From: Felis catus
Taxonomy: Eukaryota
Reading direction: 5' to 3'
DNA: 64,000 bases
Assembly: GCF_018350175.1 (NCBI RefSeq)
Contig: NC_058368.1
Coordinates: 109,804,001-109,868,000 of the forward strand
The notes beneath the pieces were generated by a model. That model ran no database searches and was not told the DNA's origin. It saw only the letters and a program-made list of their open reading frames with translations. The position numbers and the translations under genes are program-made. Below are positions 22,222-34,899 of the stretch, piece by piece; the first letter of the stretch is position 1; each line of letters opens with the position of its first letter.

Positions 22222-23439
22222 AGGTGCCTTCTTGTGCGGGATTCTCAGGGCCTTCCAGCACACACACCTGCTCAGAGATGGGGCTGGGTTGGCTGAGGGT
22301 TTCTGGGATTGTCCTGTGAGCAGGCCCAGGGGCTGGTCTGTTGGGAACGGCTTCTGGCCTTAAGCAAAGATAGCAAGAAACCTTGTCGTTGAGTATTCTG
22401 GACAGGGGTGTTCCACCTTCCCAGACTCCCTTTGCTTCATCTTTCCTGCTACCCCTCCCCCCTCCTGTGTGGGCAGTTGTGTGAGAAGGTGTGTGAGCAG
22501 AGACGGTGGCACGGTTGGCTTCCCGGGGTCCCTGCTGTGGTGGTTCAGGGCGATTCCAGAGAACCAGGTATAACTGTATGTAAATCACACCCAAATGTGT
22601 GAGAGCTCCCCTTCCTCTTTGGCCAGTATAAATGTGCCAAGGGCCTGGCCGATTTGGGTTCTGGAAGGGTGGGAGGGGCCCGATCTGCTAGTCCAGGTAT
22701 GAGTCAACCCAGGTGTAAACTCGGGAGGGCAGGGGCTGGTGACCCCTATTACATGTCTCCAGGAACAAGGTGGTCAGCGGTGAGCCCTGCATGGCGTGTC
22801 CTCGGCTGCCCTTTGTGCCAGTTCTTTCCTGCGTGTTTCTCTTGGAGTTGCAGAGTAATCACCAGGACACAGACTCCATATGTAGCCTTGGCTTCACAAA
22901 CCTGGGACAAAATGGCAACAACTGAATTTCCAATGTAGATCTCGCCACATTTAACATTTGTGAATGGCAATAAAAGGGAAGGTTGGAATTGTATCTGCGG
23001 TTCCCAACCACAAGCCATCATTTTGCACACTCAAACATCTGTTTTAAGATCATAGCAGGGAGTGTCGGGTAATTGGCTCCCTTTTGTCCTGGACCCATCA
23101 GTTAGACCCCATAAACTTGATTATAAATCCTCAGGGATTTATTAGTAAACAACATTTGGGGAGACTGACGCTGTCACACTGTAGCCAGGGAGCTTGGAGT
23201 GTCTGAACTTGGGCCCATCACTGCTTCCTGGACAGCCACAGAGTTGATAGTCCCAGACTGCCCTGCAAGGAGTCCCTGGGGGGAAGGAGGTAGGGGAGAG
23301 AAGGTACGTTCCCTTGGGAAGGAGGCGTCGAGAGGTTCCTGCCACATGATGGCCCTTGGGCTCTTGGTGCCCCAGAGATGAGGGTGCAGAGATGTTTGGT
23401 GCTGCCTGGAGGACTGAGGGGAAAGGGGGAAGGTGTGGA

Positions 23440-23660
23440 ACCGGACAGGCCTGGCTCAGTCCCAGCTGCAGCACACATGAGCTGGGTGACTATGGGCAAG
23501 GCACTGGGGTTTTCTGTGCCTCAGTTTCCACACCTGTCAAATGGAGGTGATAATAATAGTCCTATTTGCTGGGTCGAGTATGAGGATTAACAGGAATGCG
23601 TGGGAGGGTCCAGCACCATTCTGGACACCCAGAGAGGTCCCACAAGTAGTCTGTTACTGC
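23440..23660 (+). mobile_element. MIR
   Basis: MIR core ctgtgcctcagtttccacacctgtcaaatggag..ataataatagt. Confidence 0.8.
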
Positions 23661-24479
23661 TAGGGATGGAGGGGAGAGAACAGAACCAAACGGCTGGGGG
23701 CCAGGCGCCTGTCCATAGGAGCACTTGAGGGCCCTGGCATTAGCGAGTAGAAAGAGCTGCTTCACCGAAGTTTCTGTATGGCTTCCTTCCTTACGTGGGC
23801 CTGCACGGGAGAGAGGAAGTTGGTGATGACACATTGCCATCGGGGCTGGGAGAGTGGGCAGTGTCCCTATGTTGCATGGCCCCTCACATTGCTGTCGTGT
23901 TGTACCCCCAGGCCTCTGGGTCCAACTGCCCTCCCTCAACTCCTATAGGAGCAGAGGTGCTGAGCAAGACCCAGTGTGGGCTGTGGTTGGGCAATGAGGA
24001 CCCATGGAGGCCCTTTGTTCAGGGGTGAGGTTCTGGCTGAATTTCATCTCTCTGTTTATATGGTGGGGTGTTCCCAGGACACAGGGGTAAATGGGGACCC
24101 AGCAGGTCTACAGCCTGCACTCCAGGGTTTGACATACTCTGGAGGAAAGGGGTGCCCTGGCATGGAGCCTCTTTTGGGTCCACTGGCCTTGGCATGACTC
24201 TTCTGGCTGACTGGCCTGAAACACAGAAGGTAGAGCCATTCCTTTGGGGAGTTCATATACCAAGTCACCTGCTTTCAGTCTGGCCAGGAGACAGGCTCAA
24301 CTTTCCACATCTTCATGGAAAGCTCCAGGCTGGCCTCCCTGAGGGGTTGGATGAGGTATCCTTGACTCCAGTCTGCCCCGGAGCACTCCAGGGTTAAGGG
24401 TTTTCAGCAACAAACACATGGCTGATCATGTCGCTCAGATAGCCCTGAGCCCAAAGGCCCGTTCCTGTGTGACCCAGCA

Positions 24480-24900
24480 CTGGAGCCTTTAATTAGCTGC
24501 TCTGAGCTCTGCTTCCTGATTTGTGAAATTGAGGTAACTGTAGAACCTCCCTTTGAAGAGGAGACAAGATGGTGTATGTTGAGTGTTTGGCACTGCACCT
24601 GGCCCCCAGCAAGCCCTCAGTAAATGTTAACTGTTCTTAGCCATCAGATTAAATGAGGCCTATTGGCTCAGTGTCAGATAAACCCATCCTGAGTCTCTGC
24701 CGTAAGAAGATCGTCTTGGTGAGGCATAAACAATACAGACTGTGCAGTCAGAAAGGTACAGGTTAAAATCCTGTCTTTGTCACCTTTGTCACCTTGGGAA
24801 TGTCACTTACCCTCTCTGGGGCTCCATTTTCTTGTCCACAAAATGGGCATAAGAACATTGCCTACCTCCTAGGATTGTTGTGCAGGTTACAGGTAAATGT
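24480..24900 (+). mobile_element. Two MIR fragments (~24480-24635 and ~24735-24900)
   Basis: Degenerate MIR cores (ctctgagctctgcttcctgatttgtgaaattg; ctctctggggctccattttcttgtccacaaaatggg). Confidence 0.65.
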
Positions 24901-26089
24901 CTGGCTCAGTGAATGGAAGTTCTTTGGTTATTAATAGGATTATTCACACTCCAGGGAACACAAGTTTCTTCTGAGCCCTGCTCCTCCACACTTATAGCCT
25001 CCTGGCAGTGCACATGGAGGGGGCGAGTGAGGAAAAAAATCTTGGCAGCGTGTGGCACAGGCCATGGGGATGAGTTGAGGCCAAACATTTGCCGCTAGTT
25101 TCCCAGTGATCAGTGTAGATCCTATTTGTCATCCTAACACTAAAATGCCATAGAAAACCTTGGCTCTTGGGCAAGAGAACTGTGGCAGATCTGGGAGGGA
25201 AAAGACTTTTTTTTTTTTTTTTTTTTTTTTTTGCCTGGAGTGGCAGAGGCTGACCTGGTAAGGAAGGAACTTGGGCTGAACTGTCTGCCAGCTGGATGCA
25301 GAGTTGCTGCTAGGGCTGTGACCTCACTCAGGAACCGGGTCTGTACTTCCCATCCCTCACCGTGGGGCCCACTGCCTGTGACCCTCCACGTGTTTGGTAC
25401 CTCCAGGGAGTGCACAAGAACTCTGTTTTCCATCAGGAGTAAGGCTTTATCTTACTGGATGTCCCCAAAGGCCTTAGAATGTGCAAAGACCTCGCTTGTA
25501 GATGAGGAAATGGAGGGTCAGTGTCCAAGGTCCTGGCCCCACCCACCTTCCACCAGAGTGAATCAGAGCTTCTCATTCTCTCTGCTCAGGTATCCTCAGG
25601 GTTTTTCGTGTACTTTGAATCAAACATTTGCTTTGTTTGTTTGTTTGTTTAATTCCAGGATAGTTAACATACAATATTACATTAGTTTAATGTGTATAAT
25701 GTAGTGAATCAACAGTTGCATGTATTACTGAATGCTTATCAAGATAATCAAACACTCCCTCTTTGCCAGAAAGATTGGGTCTGGCCTCCTCTCAAGCCTC
25801 ATTCCCTCCCACTTCTTCCTGCCCTGGACTCCAGCCTCACCAGCCTGGGTTGCATTTCTGGATGACACTCATGCTTGGCTTTGCACCAGGGGCTTTGTGT
25901 TGCAGTTTCTGCGGTCTGAAAGGCTGTTCCTCAGGGGTTCCCCTGGCTCCATTGCTTGTTTACTTGTGGTCTCTGTCCCTCCTCAGAGATCGTGCCCTCC
26001 GTTTCCCTATGTAAAAAGGCTTCTGCCAATTGGTCTTTGCCATCACCCTGTTGTTGTTTCCTTCATAGGTTTTATCACAAGAGGTGCAG

Positions 26090-26450
26090 TGTGAGGGGGT
26101 TGAGAGAGAGAGAGCTTAGAACCACCTGTGCTTGTTCTTGATTTCCCCATTTAGTTGGGTGACCTTGGATGAGTCGGTTAGTCCTTCTATGCCTCATGTG
26201 TAAAATGGAGATGATAATCGAACTTTCCTCTTAGGATTAGATGAGTTAATACGTGTAAAATACTGAGAATTATTCCTGTCATAGAGATGAGCTACTTTAT
26301 TGTATTTATCTTGTTGATTGGTGTCCTTAGCCCCTAGACTATAAATTCCAGGAGGGCAAGGACCATGTGTCACCTGATCATTGATGTAATCCATGCCTCT
26401 GACAAACCCAGGGTGTCATGGGTGCTCAGTAAATGCTTGTTGAATAAACC
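26090..26450. mobile_element. MIR fragment followed by an L2 3' end
   Basis: tgtgtaaaatggagatgataat; gggtgctcagtaaatgcttgttgaataaa. Confidence 0.65.
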
Positions 26451-26659
26451 AGTGGTCTCAAGGCCATTACATGAATGGTAGAGCTGGGCCTCAGTTGAGA
26501 GAGAACCATTCTAAGGCCTGAGCTTTGTTCATGCCACACTGACCCTCCTAGGTAAAAGACTTTCCTAGGTAAAAATTACACGAATTATGTTAACTCATCT
26601 GTTACATTTCAATTTTATGCCTTCCCTCAGGAAAGTAGTTTGTTTATTTATTCATTATT

Positions 26660-27115
26660 TTAAAAATCTTTTAAAAAAAGGTTTGTTTATTTTGAAAGAG
26701 AGAGAGCTTAAGAACAGGGGAGGGGCAGAGAGAGAGGGAGAGAGAGAGAGAATCCCAATCAGGCTCTGCAATGTCAGCACAGAGCCCGACTTGGGGCTTG
26801 AACCCACGAACCCCGAGATCATGACCTGAGCTGATATCAAGAGGTAGCCGCTCAACTGACTGAGCCACCCAGGTGCCCGTCTTTAATTTTTTTTAAAGTT
26901 TATTTTTTGGGGGACAGAGAAAGAGAGGGAGAGGGAGAGAAGGAGAGAGAGAGCATGTGTGTGTGCACGTGTGAGGGAGGGGCAGAGAGAGAGGGAGAGA
27001 GAATCCCAAGCAGGCTCCACACTGTCAGTGCAGAGCCTGTTATGAGGCTTGAACTCATAAACCATGAGACCATGACCTGAGCCAAAGTCAGACGCTTAAC
27101 CGACTGGAACCCAAA
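26660..27115 (-). mobile_element. Two tandem Can-SINEs (~26660-26878 and ~26882-27115)
   Basis: Two consecutive antisense SINEC bodies. Confidence 0.9.
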
Positions 27116-29639
27116 GGCAGTTTATAAAGTGAAATAAAAGGGAACACTCTGGCTTAGCGTTGGCTTTGTTGCAGCAGAAGACTGTCTCTGGCACCCCTGG
27201 CACAGATAAGAGGGAGGGTGGGGGCAGAAGACAGGCTTGTCCTTCCCTTCCTGTGAGCTGTCCTCACGAGCCCCCTGCAGTGATGCTGGGGAGGAGGCAT
27301 GGGTGGCCATCGGGCCACTCTACCTTGCTCTCGCCCCTCTGGTGCTAGGATTCCCATGGGGCCCGACAGAGGCCTGGCCTTTTCCTGGCATCCGCTCCAG
27401 TGCAAGATGAGTGGGGAGGGGGCGCTTGGGCCAAGAGGGAGGACTCTGGGGAGGTGTTTGTCTGGGAAGTGCCCTCAGGGAGTATCCGGTCCAGGTGGGG
27501 GAACATCAGCAGATGTTGGCACCTGCACACTTCCCCCACCCTCCACCCCGCTTCACCCCCAAAGCAGGTGAGACAGGTGGCTGAGCCTTCCCGGCTGCCT
27601 TATCTGGGACAGTTCATGAACACTCTGAGAGCCTTAGTGTCAAGTGTAAAATGGATATCGGGATTTTCTTGTCTTCTCCCTTCTCCCCCAACTGCACTTC
27701 TAGGCCTGTGGTGGCACCAGGTCCTGTGATTCCACAGTTCAGGAAAAGTCTAGGGGGGTGAGCTGGAGTCTCCCTCTTGGAGGTGCCTCCGTTCCTCATC
27801 AGAGCACCCTCTCTCCTCTTCATGTAGGAGGGGATACTCCACAGTCCTTGACCCCTTCGGAGAAACCCCTTTCTGTAACATCCCTGGCCTCACTTCTCCA
27901 GGCAGGAGGGCTGTCAGGATGGACAGGTGAATGGCTTCCTTGGCTGTGTTGTGTTTGGGGTCAGCCCAAACTCCCACACAGGCACTTTCCATCTTCCATC
28001 ACTCATTCCTCTTCCCCCGGAGACGGGCCTCCCCTTTTGGGGCTTGATCCCCTCTGTCCCTGGCCTTCCTGGTGCCTTTGTCAGAGCACGCAAGCATGAG
28101 ACACCTGCCTGTGGTAGCACATCCTGTACCCACAGCGTTCACACGGCACCTGCTGTGAGCCAGACTCTGGTTCTGCCTTCCTAAGCGGGAAGCCCAGCGG
28201 CAGAGTGTTGGAGCTGGGGCTGGTTGGGGTTGAGTGGCATGAGGCTCAGGCTTTCCCCCTTGCCTGTCCCCTGCTCACTCTGTACCAAGTGGCCATGAGA
28301 CTCAGACGCCGCTCATCTGTGCCTGAGTCTCCCCATTACTAATGGGGCTGCAGCCTCATTCGTCTGATTTATGTCTAATATTCTCCTGGTTTATACCTTT
28401 TCTCAGCAGTTTAATAATGACCCATAAACCTGTCTCTCTGGACTTAGCTTTGGAAGGTCTGAGTCTCTGGGGGACCTTTTCGATTTTACAAATTCCATAC
28501 ACTAACTGGGGCAGTGAAACTGCCCTCGCTGGCACATACTCACACACGTTCCTTAGAAGCTTGGCTTATCAGGAGCTAGTCCCCAGCGTGATTTCCCTAA
28601 ATCCTTTGTGATTGCTCTGCATGTCGGTGAACAAGGGAGCGCAGTGGCATCTGGGGGCCTATTCTCTTCTCCTCCAGGTTCATCTTCAGGGCCCTTGGGC
28701 CCAGATGATTCTGGCCCGGCCTCTTGGTTCTGAAGGCAACTGCCCTCTTTCCCTGGAGCCACTTTCTTGAGTACTTTGGGTTTGTGTATGTGGCCTTGAG
28801 CTCATGCAGAGGCAAAGAGAAGGCACCTGTTCCTTTTTCATGTTTTCTTCATTTGGGGGTACTGCAGCCTGACTTCTGACATCTCAGAGCCCTGCAGTGT
28901 TTGTAGGAGAGGGGCCCTTTGGTTTTGATTGACGACTCTCTTCTCGCTTGAACTCAGGTTGAATGCTTGGGGACAGAACGGGTCACATCACCAGGCTTGG
29001 TCTCTGGGTCAAGTTCACAGTGCTTCTCCTTTTTTCTCTCAGGGCAAGTCCTCTCCTGGGAGATGTCTCAGTGTCTGGGCAGAATGACACCTGGGAGGGA
29101 GCAGCAACCTACCATGTTGTTGAGTTTGCAGATCGTGAGCCCAGCGAAGCTCAGCCTGGAACATCTCCCTGTACACGTGGTTTTTCTTGGGGTTTGTTAA
29201 GGGTGATGTTTTTCTCTGAAAGATGTTGAGGATATTGAAGATGGGGTGCTGCATGTGTGTGTGGGGGGCACACGATACTGTTCATGGGTGAGTAGAGTGC
29301 TTCTCGTTGTGGTGACCCCACATTCTGAGAGAGAAGTGTCTTGCTGCTTGTCTTCTGGTGTCACTGGTGTTCATCAGAAGGACCTCAAGAGTGTGCCTGG
29401 GAAAGCCCCGCGATGTATTTGTCCAAGTGTATAGACAAGTGGCCCTGAACCAACCATATTTTCTCACTCAAGGGAGGAATAAATGAAGGGCCAATGTTAA
29501 GAATCAGTTTGCAGTTGGGCTCAAAGGTTGGTCTAGGGCTACAGGGGGCTGACATTTGGGCTGAGTCATATGGAGAGTGTGTCCTTCCTTTAGGAAAAAA
29601 AAGATGCTTGGCCCGTGGCATTGAAACCCTGATCTTGTC

Positions 29640-30605
29640 CTTATTTATTATTCATTGATACAATAACTTCTCACTGGAGGTGTGGTGATGAGCCAAATAG
29701 ACTCTATGGTCTGTGCCCTCATGGAGCTTGGTTTCTACTGGAGCCAGACATTTAATAAGCACATGAGTGAAAGTGAGTGCTGTAAGGAAGAAGTCCATGG
29801 TAGGGAAGTCCTATCATGGGGATGTGTGTTTAAGCTAAGACCTGAAGGATAACTGTCAAAACAGGTGAGGTGGGCATGGAGGGCAAAGACCCTGTGATGG
29901 GGGGGTGGGTATCTAGGAGAGTGCAAGGGACTGGATGAAGGCTAGTGGCTGGAGCGCAGAGAGAAGGGGCCATGGTGGGAAGGGGGGCACAGACCGCAGC
30001 CAGACCACACAGAGCCATGGAGCCATGAAGGTCTGGGGAGGAAAGATGGCGTTCATCGTAAGAGCAATGGGTAGTGTTGAAGGGTTTAAGCAGAGTGACT
30101 TACCTGGCTCCTAGTTGAGAATGGAATGCTCCAGAGCCAGAATGAAAGGAAGCCAACCCCAGCTGGGAGATGGTGGCCTGGGCCAGGGTGGTGGGGGCTG
30201 GTGCGCAGAAAAGTGCTCTTACTTGAGAGACACATAAGAAGTGGAATCGCCTGGATTCGGTGAGGGAGCAGGCATGTGCTCCCAGGGAAGGGGAGGTGTG
30301 GTGCACACAGGTGTCTGGCTTGCCCAGTGGGATGGCTGGATGGATGTAGGCACCGCTCCCTTATGCGGGAGCATCGGGTTTAGTGCAGAAAATCACTAGC
30401 CAGATTTGAATGGTTGAATTGTAAAAGTCTGTAACTTTGCAGTGGTGTTGAAATGTCTGACAGGAACTATCTAGGTGCCAGTTGGCTCTTTTAGTCTGGC
30501 ACTGGGAGTAGAGAGCTGTCTGGACACAGATACTTGGGAGTCGCATGGTAATATGATCTACAGGGGTGAGGGAGATGGCCCAGGGGGTATCTAAGTGAGG
30601 AGGAA
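29640..30605. mobile_element. Old L2 LINE fragment(s)
   Basis: tgccctcatggagctt, agacctgaaggat, gagcaatggg..ttgaagggtttaagcagag, acagatacttgggagtc L2-like blocks. Confidence 0.65.
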
Positions 30606-31829
30606 TCAACCAGCTGAGCAGGTGCCTCGTGTCCACCTTCCTTCCTGTCTGTCCATCCCAGGCTGTACAGGGTTGCTCAGCTTGGGGTTCTGGAATCCAG
30701 ACACATAGATACTGGACCCTGGGGGTTTTCTGGGCCCCAGGAGACAGGTTACTTCAAAGTGGGGACTGTGGAAGAAGATCACTCAGTGGTCTTACCTCTC
30801 TCTCTCAGTGACTGGCCAGCCTCTGTATGGCTTGATATCTAGACAGTGTCAGATCCCATTTCTCCCTTGGAACTGGCTCCCTGCCCCATCCAGGAGCCTT
30901 TTAGCATAAACACCCCTGGACTCTGAAGGCCAAAGAGGATGACTGGCCCAGTCTGGGGCTCTCTGGCAGTCTATACCAGGAGCAGTGCCATGGGGACTCA
31001 TCTGGGCTGTTCTGATGAGGGCCATCTAGGCTTTAGCACCAGCAAGAGGACTTGGTGCCTTTCTCTGGGGAGGAGGGAGGATGAAGCAGTTTGCTCATGC
31101 ACTGTGACCGTGGTAACTCCCACTCTTCATTTTAGGTGGGCTGTGTCTACTCTGGAAACGATGTCCAATGTTTTTGCTTATAGGGAAAATCATTAGTGCT
31201 TAGAATAAATTTCTTGGCTGGACTAAAGATCTCCTTTTTCCTTTTCTTTATTCATTGTTATGAATTGCAATCAAAGACAGTTTAATGGTGAAATTGCTAT
31301 AAAACGGTGGAGAAAACATTTCTTTGGGTATTAGTTTTGTTTTAGTGAATTACAAAGTAGTGATTTAATTTGCTACCTTCAAGATTATTTCTGCCTCTCG
31401 GTGGGGTAATATAATCAGCAAGATCTACTATGGCCTTCATTTTCTAGAGAACACAGATAAATAATCTCCCATTATGCTCTTGAGCAAATTAATTACCTGT
31501 GACTTTTGACATCTCTCATTGAGAGCCAAGAATATGTCACTTTGAGTGTATGAGTAGGGAGGGGAGAATTGTACAGTTCCAAAGGGGACAGAGAGGTAAT
31601 GTGGAAGTTGGGAACCCTTGCATTGTCACTCCAGGAGGGACTCCCTGTGTTCACATGTGTGCAGGGGTTTTCCAGTGTCCATGCTGCACTGGGACTGGGG
31701 GTTTGACAGGGACCTGGGGTTCCGGAGAAATGGGAGGGGGATGCAACTGAGTGGGGGACCCCTGCCTACACATTGGTGACACAGGCTCTCAGTGAGCCAT
31801 AAGTTTCCCACCTGCTTCTTTAATATACA

Positions 31830-32180
31830 TTTTCCGATTCCTTCCTGTGTGCCGGCTGATGTGCTCATTGGTTGGTGTTTTGGTTACAGGTTCCATATCT
31901 GCCCTTCGGGGAGTACAGAGTGTGGACAGGCACTGGAACACAAGCACGGACAAGTTATTGCTCATTGGAAAAACGGCATGCAGAGTAGTCATTCTGCCTG
32001 GGGCTGTCAGGGAAGGCTTCCTTGAGCTGAGGTCTGGCTGAACTTTGAAGGCTGCAAGGACTTTGCCTAGCAGGGAAAGGAAGAGAAGGAAGAACATGGC
32101 AGGCAGAAGGAGCGGTGTGGGCAGAGGCACAGAGGTGAGAAGTCCTGTAGCTCGTTGAAGGGAACTTGCAGGCGGGGCTC
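31830..32180. mobile_element. L2 fragment
   Basis: gtcagggaaggcttccttgagctgagg...tttgaagg...agaacatggcaggcaga. Confidence 0.55.
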
Positions 32181-32761
32181 TCCAGCTGTGCTCTTTCTGG
32201 GTGACAGTGTCAGGGGAAGGTGGGACTAGACAGTGAGGCCTCGTCTTCATGGGCCTGCCCTGGGGATGGAATGGCTCCATCGCCTTAGAGGTAACCTTTT
32301 GAGACCCTCTCCTTAGCCTAGTCTCCGTGTCTAGAGGGGCTTTCTGTGGGTAAGGATGAGGGGGAAGGGGACAATTGGGGATTGAGTTTGCTACTTCACT
32401 TTTACTGATACACTCTGTGACTTTGTTAGTCACTCAGCCCCTTCGCACCTCAGTTTCTTTATGTCTAGAATGAGGTCATCTTTCCTCCTCATTGGTTGCT
32501 GGGTAGTCTTCCTGAAGTCACGAGAGCCCAAGTATGCAAGAATTGGGAAGTCTGTGTCCAGTGGATCAATATCTCTGTATTTTCCCAGCTTTATCTTCTG
32601 TCCTGGGGAAGAAGGAAGATTTAACCTGAGTTGTGATAAAGCTGGTGGAGAGATGAGTTGGCTGGATAGCATCCTGGAGTCCCATCTCCAAGAGGAGCTT
32701 ACATAGCCCTGAACTTGGAAGAGTTGGAGAAAACCCACATGTCACAATAACCCTTTCTATA

Positions 32762-32960
32762 GGGGCACCTGAGTGGGTCAGTCAGTTAAGCGTCGGGGTC
32801 TGTGGGCTTAGGTCAATATTTCTTGAGTTCAGGTCTCACTGTTGGGCTCTGCCCTAACAGCACAGAGCCTGCTTGGGATTCTCTCTCTCTTCCTGTCTTT
32901 CTGCACCTCTCCCACTCGCTCTCTCTTTCTCTCAAAATAAATAAATAAACTTAAAAAAAA
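32762..32960 (+). mobile_element. Can-SINE
   Basis: Sense body with A-tail. Confidence 0.85.
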
Positions 32961-33009
32961 AGAATAACGCTTCTTGTGTATAGTTGGGAGGAATTACCCT
33001 TAGGGGCTT

Positions 33010-33055
33010 GTTTTTTTAAATGTTTGTTTATTTTTGGGAGAGAGAGAGAGAGAGA

Positions 33056-33103
<48 letters not shown>

Positions 33104-33258
33104 GGACAGAGAGAGGAGACACAGAATCTGAAGCTGGCTCCAGGTTCTGAGCTGTCAGCACGGAGACTGACGTGGGGCTGAAACTCACTAACTGAACAGT
33201 GAGATCATGACCTGAGCTAGGGTTGGAAGTTTAACTGACTGAGCCACCCAGGCGCCCC
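33010..33258 (-). mobile_element. Can-SINE with an internal (TG)n expansion
   Basis: Antisense body; TG run at 33058-33101. Confidence 0.9.
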
Positions 33259-33522
33259 GGGGGACTTTAAATTTCCTAGGGCAGAGTTAAGCAACCACCA
33301 AGGGTGGCTGGCCTTGGTTGGGAGGAGGCCAGTCTGGTGACTGCAGGACCTGGGTTTTGCTGAGAGCTTGTGAAGGTTTGTGGCTGGGCCTTACTTGTTG
33401 GGGGCAGTGCAGGAGATTTGAGTGTCGTGCAGGGTCCTTTGTCTTCCTGTCTTTCCCGTCCCACTGCTCAGCTGGTCCTCTCATGAACTGCTTAGCAAAC
33501 ACTTGGCAAGTAAATGTCATTT

Positions 33523-33792
33523 AATTTAATTTAATTTAATTTATTTATTTATTTATTTATTTATTTATTAAAAAAAATTTTTTTTTCAACATTTTTAATT
33601 TATTTTTGGGACAGAGAGAGACAGAGCATGAACGGGGGAGGGGCAGAGAGAGACGGAGACACAGAATCGGAAACAGGCTCCAGGCTCCGAGCCATCAGCC
33701 CAGAGCCTGATGCGGGGCTCGAACTCACGGACCGTGAGATCGTGACTTGGCTGAAGTTGGACGCTTAACCGACTGCGCCACCTAGGCACCCC
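33523..33792 (-). mobile_element. Young felid SINE (SINEC_Fc type)
   Basis: TSD GTAAATGTCATTT at 33510-33522 and 33793-33805; patterned (TTTAA)/(TTTA) tail. Confidence 0.93.
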
Positions 33793-33879
33793 GTAAATGT
33801 CATTTTAAAGAGGCCCCGGATTATTCCGGTGACCTCATGTCTTGGTCTGGCCTTAAAATGGTGGTCGTGGGCTCTCAAA

Positions 33880-34160
33880 CTGAGCTGTTCTGTATGGTAG
33901 GTGCTTGTCATCTGTAGCTATTGAGTTCTTGAAGTGGCTGGTCCTAATTGAGGTGTCCTGTAAATAGAAAATACAAGCTGGATTTTGAACTTTATGCAAA
34001 AAGTATAAAATACTTTCTTGTTAATTTTTATTCTGAGTACATGTTGAAATGATGATATTTTAGATATATTGAGTTAAGTAAAATATATTAAAGTTAATTT
34101 CACCTTAAAAAAATTCTTGTTTAATGTGGCCACCACAAAACCTTAAGTATATAACTTGCT
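33880..34160. mobile_element. MER33/MER3-like hAT-Charlie fossil
   Basis: acatgttgaaatgatgatattttagatatattgagttaagtaaaatatatt...tttaatgtggcc. Confidence 0.75.
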
Positions 34161-34655
34161 CTCTTTCTCTCTTTCTTTTCTTTGTTTTCTTTCTTCCTTT
34201 TCTTCCTTTCTTTCTTGATTCAACTCCTTGGATTATTTATTCAATCATACTACACACGCTTTTGAGCCCTTGAATATTTCAGATGTCTCTCTAGATTGAA
34301 GACTTGGTTGTGATCAGTACATTCAAAGTCCCTGTCCTCAAAGAACTTCTATCCAGGAAGGAGAAACCAATATTATACAAGTAAACAAACGACAACAACT
34401 AAGAATTGTAAAGATATTTAAGAGAATACTCTGCCAAACCAACGGGGTAATGGTTGCTATTTCAGGAGCAGCAATAAAGAAAGGCATATCTGGTGAAGTG
34501 AATTTGAACTTAGATCTTAATAATAAGAGATTGGGCTGAGATGTATTTTTTCCGAAGTTGATTTAAGAAATCTCTTTGTTGGCAATTTTTTATTGCCCTT
34601 GATGAGATTATTAACATCATGCCAAGGATGCCACCTTTATATATTGTTTTTCCAC

Positions 34656-34884
34656 TTTTTTTTAATTTAAAACTTTTTTAATGTTTATTATTTATTTTTG
34701 AGAAAGAGACAGAGCATGAGCGAGGGAGGGACAGAAAGAGAGAGAGTAACACAGAATCCAAAGTGGGATTCTAGGCTCTGAGCTGTCAGCACAGAGCCTG
34801 ATGCGGGGCCTGAACTCAGGAACTGTGAGATCATGACCTGAGCTAAAGTCAGATGTTCAACTGACTGACCCACTCAGGTGTCCC
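34656..34884 (-). mobile_element. Can-SINE
   Basis: Antisense SINEC body. Confidence 0.9.
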
Positions 34885-34899
34885 ATCTACATTATTGTA

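Noticed and set aside
31789..32433. 214-aa minus-strand ORF
   Set aside because: It overlaps L2-derived sequence, has a non-ATG start and shows no recognisable homology.
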